The notes below the pieces were generated by a model that ran no database searches, was not told where the DNA came from, and saw only the letters and a list, made by a program, of their open reading frames with translations. A DNA stretch of 64,000 nt from Deltaproteobacteria bacterium (lineage in GTDB: Bacteria > Desulfobacterota > Desulfobacteria > Desulfobacterales > GCA-2748835): NCBI GenBank assembly GCA_002748835.1, contig PDTL01000014.1:23838-87837 (forward strand), read 5' to 3'. Each line of letters opens with the position of its first letter. The stretch's first letter is position 1. Positions 57,855 to 64,000 of this stretch are shown piece after piece. Both the position numbers and the translations under genes were made by a program.

Positions 57855-59557
57855 TGATTACCGCAGCACACACCGATCCCCACGGCGGTGAATTCATCAA
57901 TCTGGTTGTTTCTGAAGAACGGGCGGCTATTTTAAAGGATATTGCGTTTAACCTGCCGGATATTGCTCTGAATGAACGCCAACTCTGCGATTTTGAAATG
58001 CTGGCCACCGGGGCGTTCTCTCCTTTAACAGGATTTATGACTCAGGCAGATTATGAGCCGGTTGTTGACCGCATGCAGCTGGCTGACGGCACCTTATGGC
58101 CGGTTCCCATCTGTCTGGATGTGAATCGTACCACAGCAAAACAGCTGGAGGCCGGGCAGTCTGTGGCACTTCGGGATCCGGAGGGATTCCTTTTAGGTAT
58201 ACTTCACATTGCGGATATCTGGCCCGTAGACAGGGAAAAGGAAGCGCTGCGGGTGGCCGGAACCTCAGATACCGGTCATCCGGCTGTTCATTATCTCATG
58301 CATGCATCCGGTGATTTCTATGTCGGCGGCAGGCTGGAAGTGATCAGTCTGCCCATTCATCCGACATTTAAATCCATCCGTCAGACGCCACTCGAGGTGC
58401 GTGAAATTTTCAGAAAGCTGGGGTGGAAACGGGTGGTCGGGTTTCAGACCCGCCAACCCATTCACCGCCCCCAGTTTGAAATGACACTAAATGCCATGAA
58501 GGATGCCCGGGCCAACCTGCTGCTGTTGCCCAACGCGGGTCCCACATTCCCGGGAGATTTTGATTATTACACCCGGGTCCGTTGTTATCGGAGCATGGCT
58601 CATTATTATCCACCAGAAGCGTTTGTCATGAATCTTCTTCCCCAGGCATCCCGGATGCTGGGCCCCCGGGATGCCGTGTTGCACCTGATTATCGGTAAGA
58701 ATTTCGGCTGCACCCACTTTATCATCGGTAAAGGCCACGCATCACCGGATGGCGGGGCGTATTATGCGGATGGAGACGCCGCACAGGTGGCCACAGCGTT
58801 TTCCGAAACCATTGGTGTTACGACCCTAGCGTTTGAAGAACTGGTCTATCTTCCCTTTGAGGACGCGTACAAACCGCGGAATGAAGTTTCAAAAACCACT
58901 GATATCATATCCTTTTCAGGAAACGACATCCGCAAACGCATCCGTGAAGGCCGAAGCATACCTGAATGGGCCACGTTTAAAGAAGTCGTGGATCAGCTGC
59001 AGGTCACGTATCCGCCACCCAGAAAACAGGGGTTCACCATATTCCTTACCGGTCTTTCCGGTGCGGGGAAATCTACAGTGGCGCGCATTCTGTATGCCAG
59101 ATTTCTGGAGATGGGCGAACGCCCTGTGACGCTTTTAGATGGTGATATCGTACGCCGCAACTTATCGTCAGAACTCAACTTTTCAAAAGAACACAGGGAT
59201 ATCAACGTCCGAAGAATCGGGTTTGTTGCCAGTGAAATTACAAAAAACAGAGGGGTCGCCATCTGCGCTCCCATTGCGCCCTATGCAAAAACGCGTGCCG
59301 AAATCCGGAATAATATCGAAACGTATGGCGGCTTCATCGAAGTACATGTGGCAACACCGCTTGATATTTGTGAAAAGCGGGATCGTAAAGGGATGTACGC
59401 AAAAGCACGGGCCGGGTTGATCAAAGGATTTACCGGTGTGGATGATCCGTATGAAGTTCCGGAAAAATCTGAGCTGAGGATTGACACAACAAGTTTGACG
59501 CCGGATGAGGCGGTGCATGAGATTCTCTTGTATCTGGGACAGCGGAAGTTTATTTGA
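57854..59557 (+). CDS. cysC: APS kinase (CysC) with N-terminal ATP-sulfurylase-like domain whose catalytic motifs are degenerate
   Basis: The C-terminal APS kinase is intact (FLTGLSGAGKST, LDGD..R, REHRDINVRR). The N-terminal ~390 aa align to ATP sulfurylase. However, they read QTRQPIHRPQ where the canonical motif is QTRNP.HRAH, and IIGKGHAS where it is VGRDHAG. The ATG overlaps the cysQ stop. Confidence 0.88.
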   Translation: MITAAHTDPHGGEFINLVVSEERAAILKDIAFNLPDIALNERQLCDFEMLATGAFSPLTGFMTQADYEPVVDRMQLADGTLWPVPICLDVNRTTAKQLEAGQSVALRDPEGFLLGILHIADIWPVDREKEALRVAGTSDTGHPAVHYLMHASGDFYVGGRLEVISLPIHPTFKSIRQTPLEVREIFRKLGWKRVVGFQTRQPIHRPQFEMTLNAMKDARANLLLLPNAGPTFPGDFDYYTRVRCYRSMAHYYPPEAFVMNLLPQASRMLGPRDAVLHLIIGKNFGCTHFIIGKGHASPDGGAYYADGDAAQVATAFSETIGVTTLAFEELVYLPFEDAYKPRNEVSKTTDIISFSGNDIRKRIREGRSIPEWATFKEVVDQLQVTYPPPRKQGFTIFLTGLSGAGKSTVARILYARFLEMGERPVTLLDGDIVRRNLSSELNFSKEHRDINVRRIGFVASEITKNRGVAICAPIAPYAKTRAEIRNNIETYGGFIEVHVATPLDICEKRDRKGMYAKARAGLIKGFTGVDDPYEVPEKSELRIDTTSLTPDEAVHEILLYLGQRKFI

Positions 59558-59774
59558 AGTCTTAAACTGAGGATCTTTTCAAAAATAATAGCCCCAAATT
59601 CTTGGTGTGATCAGGTAGACCCATTCTTCATGGGAATTCTGCTTGTTCTATTGATAGTGCACCCATCTCGGTATCTGTCACAGTTAGGCCATTCCATACA
59701 CCCACTTTCATCACCACAGATGTCACCGCATGATGTTTCGATCCGATTTTTTTTATATTGTGCGGGGTTAAGGC

Positions 59775-59804
59775 TTGACAAAATGGAGTATCCTTCTCTA
59801 TGAA
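59775..59804 (+). promoter_or_regulatory. possible sigma-70 promoter for the glycan-export locus
   Basis: TTGACA (59775-59780), an 18-nt spacer, then TATGAAT. It is followed by a ~140-nt leader before the TTG start at 59950. Pattern match only. Confidence 0.3.
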
Positions 59805-59949
59805 TGAGTAGCGTTTCTACTCGTAAAGTGTTCCGGACCTAAGGGCGAAGCTGTATCTGGAAAGTTCGTTTTTGAGCCCCTGCGAATCCATTTTGTGTGG
59901 GTACGAAGCCGGAGACGTGAGCCTTTGCCTATCTTCCTAAGGAGGCATT

Positions 59950-60507
59950 TTGCAACACCTCTTTTCCGGATTGATCTCATCCAAAACACGGATCAAGCTC
60001 CTTGTTCGTTTTTTTTTCAACCCTGCGGCTCAGTCCTATCTCCGGGGGCTTGCCAATGAGTTCGGCCTTTCCACCAACGCAGTCCGGGAAGAATTGAACC
60101 AGCTCAGCAAGGCCAAGCTGCTGATTTCGAAACGGAGCGGAAGGCAGATCCTGTATTCTGCCAATGAGAAACACCCCCTGTTTCCGGAACTCAAGGCTAT
60201 GGTGACCAAGGTCATTGGCCTGGATCAGGTGATCGACGGCATCATCCGACGCCTGGGGCAAATCGAATCCGCTTATTTGATGGACGACTACGTTGAGGGC
60301 AAGGACACCGGTATCATCGACCTGCTTCTTGTGGGCGACATTGATGACTATCATTTGAATGATTTGTGTCGGAAGACGGAGCGGTACATCAATCGGAGGA
60401 TCCGGTCCCTGGTCGTCACGCATGACGAATTTACAAAGCTCGAGCCGATTCTGGCTCAAAGACCGATGCTGCTGGTGTGGGAGGCGACATCTGAAGTAAA
60501 GGATTAA
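59950..60507 (+). CDS. winged-helix (ArsR-like) transcriptional regulator
   Basis: TTG start 6 nt after AAGGAGG. N-terminal wHTH pattern KTRIKLLVRFFFNP...YLRGLANEFGLSTNAVREELNQLSKAKLL. The C-terminal half is uncharacterised. Confidence 0.55.
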   Translation: MQHLFSGLISSKTRIKLLVRFFFNPAAQSYLRGLANEFGLSTNAVREELNQLSKAKLLISKRSGRQILYSANEKHPLFPELKAMVTKVIGLDQVIDGIIRRLGQIESAYLMDDYVEGKDTGIIDLLLVGDIDDYHLNDLCRKTERYINRRIRSLVVTHDEFTKLEPILAQRPMLLVWEATSEVKD

Positions 60508-60517
60508 TTGTTTTAAC

Positions 60518-61351
60518 ATGAGATCTAAAAAATCAACTGTCATCACAATCGAGGCTGGTAGAATGGAGCGCCGGTACTGGGTCGATTTGTGGAATTACAG
60601 AGAACTTTTTTATTTTTTTTCATGGCGGGACATCCGGGTTCGGTACAAACAAACTGTGATTGGTTTAGCGTGGGCTCTTATCAGACCCCTGATGACCATG
60701 ATCGTTTTCACCATCGTATTCGGAAAACTGGCCAAGCTTCCATCGAACGGCACGCCCTATCCTATCTTGGTTTTTTCAGCACTGTTGCCCTGGAATTTCT
60801 TTTCATCCGCCTTTTCAGAGGCCGGAAACAGCTTGATTAACAATGCAAACATGATTTCCAAGGTTTATTTCCCACGCTTGATCATTCCAGCCAGCAGTGT
60901 CATTGTTAATTTTGTGGATTTCCTAGTCTCATTTTTTATTTTAACCTGTCTCATGGCATGGTATTCTTTCGTCCCGAGTCCCCGTATATGCTATCTTCCC
61001 CTGTTTATTTCTGTCGCTTTTGCCGCTTCTCTCGGAGCTGGATTATGGATATCGTCTCTGAACGTGCGCTATAGAGATTTTCGTTATATTATCCCATTGA
61101 CGGTACAGTTGGGTCTTTATATCTCTCCCGTGGGTTTCAGCAGTTCCATCATACCGAAAAAGTGGTTGCTGCTGTACTACCTGAATCCCATGGTCGGCGT
61201 GATTGATGGATTCAGGTGGGCCATTCTCGGTGGCAGCTACACCCTTTACTGGCCTGGGTTCTTGATTTCGTTGCCTTTGGTTCTCTTTATCCTTGTTTCC
61301 AGTATTGCATTTTTCCGAAAAACAGAAAAAACATTTGCAGATGTGATTTAA
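60518..61351 (+). CDS. ABC-2 type polysaccharide export permease (Wzm/TagG-like)
   Basis: 277 aa, 6 TM. N-terminus YRELFYFFSWRDIRVRYKQTVIGLAWALIRPL and the later KVYFPR motif are typical of Wzm/KpsM-type permeases. Confidence 0.85.
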   Translation: MRSKKSTVITIEAGRMERRYWVDLWNYRELFYFFSWRDIRVRYKQTVIGLAWALIRPLMTMIVFTIVFGKLAKLPSNGTPYPILVFSALLPWNFFSSAFSEAGNSLINNANMISKVYFPRLIIPASSVIVNFVDFLVSFFILTCLMAWYSFVPSPRICYLPLFISVAFAASLGAGLWISSLNVRYRDFRYIIPLTVQLGLYISPVGFSSSIIPKKWLLLYYLNPMVGVIDGFRWAILGGSYTLYWPGFLISLPLVLFILVSSIAFFRKTEKTFADVI

Positions 61352-61357
61352 ATCGCC

Positions 61358-62641
61358 ATGACTCCCATAATCAACGTAGAAAATCTATCTAAAAAATATA
61401 TGATTAACCATGAAGAAACGAGTAGTTATCATTCTCTTAGAGAAGTGATCATGGAAAAAATGCACAAGTCTGGCAAGCGGCTTCTACATCCCTTTGCTGC
61501 CCGTTTTCACAGTCCAGTTAAAACCGAGGCTTTCTGGGCGTTGAAGGATGTTAATCTCAAAGTTTTCCAAGGGGATAAAATCGGAATCATTGGTCGAAAT
61601 GGTGCCGGGAAATCAACATTGCTGAAAATCCTCAGCCGGATTACTGAGCCCACGCGCGGGCGCGTCACAATGAGGGGACGGGTGGCAAGCCTGCTGGAAG
61701 TTGGAACCGGATTCCACCCTGAGCTCACAGGCCGGGAGAACATCTTTCTTAACGGCGCCATTCTGGGCATGAGCCGTATCGAAATCAAGCGGAAGTTCGA
61801 TGAAATTGTCACCTTTGCTGGGATGGAAAAGTTTCTCGATACGCCTGTTAAGCGATATTCATCGGGGATGTATGTTCGCCTTGCATTTGCCGTCGCCGCC
61901 CACTTGGAGCCGGAGATATTGATCGTCGATGAAGTTCTGGCCGTGGGTGATATCCAGTTTCAAGATAAATGCATCGGTAAAATGCAAGAGACTGCGGAAG
62001 CGGACCGAACAATCATATTCGTTAGTCATAATCTCGGGGCAATAGAAGCCCTGTGCTCAAGGGTATGCGTACTGGACAGCGGCGTATCTCTCTTTGATGG
62101 CGATGTCGAAAACGGCATACGGACTTACACCTCAGCCCTGATGGCCCAGCACGCCAGTTGGTCATTTGAAAATCGTACTGATCGCCAGGGATCCGGAATC
62201 ATAAGGATTATCTCCTTTGAGATTTTGGACCCTGCGGGAAACGCTGTGGATGTGGTCATGACTGGCAAGGATTATACCTTCCGTTTCAGATATGTGTCGT
62301 TTGTCGAGCAAGTTCGTGATCTGGACTTCAGCTTTACCGTCAGGGACATGAAAAATGTAAATCTCTTTAGAAACAACACGGGCGAGCGAGGTTTCTCGGC
62401 TGCGAAGCGCATTCCCTGCATGGGGTTTATCGACTGCAAGATCCCCCGTCTACCGCTTACGGCGGGCCGGTATGGCTTCGGTTTCAGGCTTCTTGTCAAC
62501 GGGTATGAGGCCGATTATATCACGGGGCCTTTTGCGGCATATTTCGATGTGGCAGGAGGTGACTATTACGGAACCGGTCTCGTTCCAGATCACGCTCCCT
62601 TTGTGATCGACCACGACTGGGTGTTGTCATCGGATTTGTAA
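61358..62641 (+). CDS. polysaccharide ABC exporter ATP-binding protein (Wzt/TagH-like) with C-terminal substrate-binding-type domain
   Basis: Walker A GRNGAGKSTLLK, signature YSSGMYVRLAFA and Walker B ILIVDEVLAVGD. An extra ~160-aa beta-rich C-terminal domain occupies the position of the Wzt glycan-binding domain. Confidence 0.88.
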   Translation: MTPIINVENLSKKYMINHEETSSYHSLREVIMEKMHKSGKRLLHPFAARFHSPVKTEAFWALKDVNLKVFQGDKIGIIGRNGAGKSTLLKILSRITEPTRGRVTMRGRVASLLEVGTGFHPELTGRENIFLNGAILGMSRIEIKRKFDEIVTFAGMEKFLDTPVKRYSSGMYVRLAFAVAAHLEPEILIVDEVLAVGDIQFQDKCIGKMQETAEADRTIIFVSHNLGAIEALCSRVCVLDSGVSLFDGDVENGIRTYTSALMAQHASWSFENRTDRQGSGIIRIISFEILDPAGNAVDVVMTGKDYTFRFRYVSFVEQVRDLDFSFTVRDMKNVNLFRNNTGERGFSAAKRIPCMGFIDCKIPRLPLTAGRYGFGFRLLVNGYEADYITGPFAAYFDVAGGDYYGTGLVPDHAPFVIDHDWVLSSDL

Positions 62642-62691
62642 ACGGCAGAGAATCATTGATACCTAAACCATTCACACGGTATGAGGTGATC

Positions 62692-64000
62692 GTGAAAAGG
62701 TCTCAGAACGTCAAGCGGGTATTGAAAAGTTTTCACATGCGTAAATTGTTTTCGATCCTCATCAGGCCATTGATTTATCATGCCAGATCCTTTTCAAAGA
62801 GAGATCGCAGCGCGGGTATTCTCAGGCGAATCTTTGCCCTTCTACCCCAGACGATGCAAGAGACTGTTCGCGGGTACTTGCGGGAAACCATCCCGGACCC
62901 AGGCAATGGGATCGATGTGGGGCCTTGGCCTCGGATGTTGTTTCCATTGTCTCCCACATGGGAGGAAATTATTTTCGCCCCTTTTCACGATCCAGCCATT
63001 GCCACCTGCTTGCCTGTATCCTTTTCTGAAATCAAAGCACAAAGATGCACTTTACAGCATTTCTGGTGTTGGACCAATCTGTTATGGGAAACGTGTCCTT
63101 CGGGCGGAGAGGCTGCCTGTCTCCGCCTCGAAACCGATCTTTCACTTCCTCAATATGATAAGATGGTGTTTTGTCTGTCCATGATTCCAGAAACCGCAGT
63201 GCGGTTCGAGTTTGAAGTGGACGGAAAGATTGTGCCCCATGAAGGTGATTTCTGGGGGACGGGTACCCGTATGGAGATCTGCATACCTGTGCCCCAGGGG
63301 CACATTACCGCAGTCTTGATGAAAATCAAGACCGTCTATGAATTGGCGCAGATGATTTCGTTAAGTTGGTTCGGCTTGCAGGACAGCACCCTGGTCGAAC
63401 AGTTGCGCAAATCGGTTCAACCCTATGATACGCATTGGCCGGGCTTGGTAAAACCTCTCGCGTCATGGGGGAATATTCGTTTTCAAAAGGGACTGCTATT
63501 TAGCGAAACAGATTTGGGGTGGTTAAGGGAAAAGCGCAAAAAAACGGGGTGGAACGATCATTATGGGTTCCTTGAGGACAAGGCAAGCGAGTTTCTATCC
63601 CGTTCCCCCGAAGCAGACTTGGGTGAGTTTCTGCCCACAGATGACCGGCGGTACATTCGCGAGCGCGAACATGCCAAAACTCCGTATCATTTCGAAGCGC
63701 TGGTCCTTGGTTTTGTTGGGATCGTAAACGAAGACAATCGAATGATGCGCCATGCCCTGAGGTATTTAATGTGTATGCTTCATACCCAGAACTGGGTCCA
63801 GTCTGCGGAGCATAAACTCACAGGATCAACATGGAGCATTCGGTGTTTCATGGAAGAGATGACCGTGACTAGCGTCGTCCTGCTGGCAGACTGGTACGCA
63901 TTTGCGTTGACTGAAAGAGCCAAGGAGCTTGTCCGGCAATGCATCTGGGACAAGGGGCTTGCAACGATTGACCGTGATATGATGAAATATGACTATCTAT
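62692..64000 (+). CDS. unlisted long ORF, 3' end beyond window (possible polysaccharide lyase/heparinase II/III-like; low-confidence function)
   Basis: Found by manual translation. The frame is open from GTG 62692 (GAGGTG RBS) or ATG 62737 to position 64000, at least 436 codons, and is absent from the track because it has no stop. The sequence runs ...GDFWGTGTRMEICIPV...FQKGLLFSETDLGWLREKRKKTGW...EALVLGFVGIVNEDNRMMRHALRYLMCM.... The track ORF 62780..63184 is in another frame. Confidence 0.6.
   Translation, partial: MKRSQNVKRVLKSFHMRKLFSILIRPLIYHARSFSKRDRSAGILRRIFALLPQTMQETVRGYLRETIPDPGNGIDVGPWPRMLFPLSPTWEEIIFAPFHDPAIATCLPVSFSEIKAQRCTLQHFWCWTNLLWETCPSGGEAACLRLETDLSLPQYDKMVFCLSMIPETAVRFEFEVDGKIVPHEGDFWGTGTRMEICIPVPQGHITAVLMKIKTVYELAQMISLSWFGLQDSTLVEQLRKSVQPYDTHWPGLVKPLASWGNIRFQKGLLFSETDLGWLREKRKKTGWNDHYGFLEDKASEFLSRSPEADLGEFLPTDDRRYIREREHAKTPYHFEALVLGFVGIVNEDNRMMRHALRYLMCMLHTQNWVQSAEHKLTGSTWSIRCFMEEMTVTSVVLLADWYAFALTERAKELVRQCIWDKGLATIDRDMMKYDYL

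Noticed and set aside
59805-59949. About 140-nt leader upstream of the glycan locus as a riboswitch or ops/JUMPstart element
   Set aside because: It contains a small hairpin (GAGTAGCGTTTCTACTC). I could not recognise an ops (GGCGGTAG) motif or any known riboswitch core. It is left as an unassigned leader.
62780-63184. 134-aa plus-strand ORF from the track
   Set aside because: It overlaps, out of frame, a much longer open frame (62692 to the window end) that has an RBS and protein-like composition.

Overview
GC-rich bacterial chromosomal window. The gene content (sigma-54 regulation, short-chain acyl-CoA beta-oxidation, Tad locus, PAPS genes) suggests a deltaproteobacterial/Desulfobacterota-type anaerobe, but that is inference only. 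Layout: (1) 1-3.1 kb: tRNA-His and tRNA-Arg with a terminator, then an MFS-acyltransferase fusion on the minus strand. (2) 3.1-10 kb: two secreted or lipoprotein-like proteins, then a TolC/HlyD/ABC-ATPase/FtsX-permease tripartite exporter. (3) 10.1-34.6 kb: the stand-out region, about 20 co-directional, tightly packed genes forming an atypical Tad/Flp-like envelope machine. It has two Flp pilins, three TadE/G pseudopilins, CpaB, a CpaC secretin, a TadZ-CpaF fusion ATPase and a TPR-TadB fusion. Embedded in it are a transglutaminase-like protein, a 1214-aa secreted protein and a CxxC-less thioredoxin-fold lipoprotein. A second GspE/PilB-type ATPase and a TadC follow. The run continues into three FHA-domain membrane proteins, a Hanks Ser/Thr kinase with a DUF4384-like ectodomain, a periplasmic caspase-like (C14) protein and a CsgG-like lipoprotein. 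No prepilin peptidase is present in the window. I consider this the best candidate for an undescribed system. (4) 35-37.2 kb: a DUF3141-like alpha/beta hydrolase fused to a TerB-like domain. (5) 37.8-48.9 kb: a minus-strand short-chain acyl-CoA beta-oxidation operon and a plus-strand SatP/YaaH-type carboxylate channel. Each sits behind a near-identical sigma-54 promoter, and they flank a GAF-PAS-PAS-AAA+-HTH enhancer-binding protein. (6) 49-56 kb: ModF-like ABC ATPase, ClpB, DHH-CBS phosphoesterase and small genes. (7) 56.3-64 kb: NarL-type regulator, CysQ, an APS kinase carrying a degenerate ATP-sulfurylase-like domain, then a more AT-rich glycan-export locus (wHTH regulator, Wzm, Wzt) and an ORF missing from the track that runs off the window end. 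I saw no CRISPR array, rRNA, transposase or integrase.
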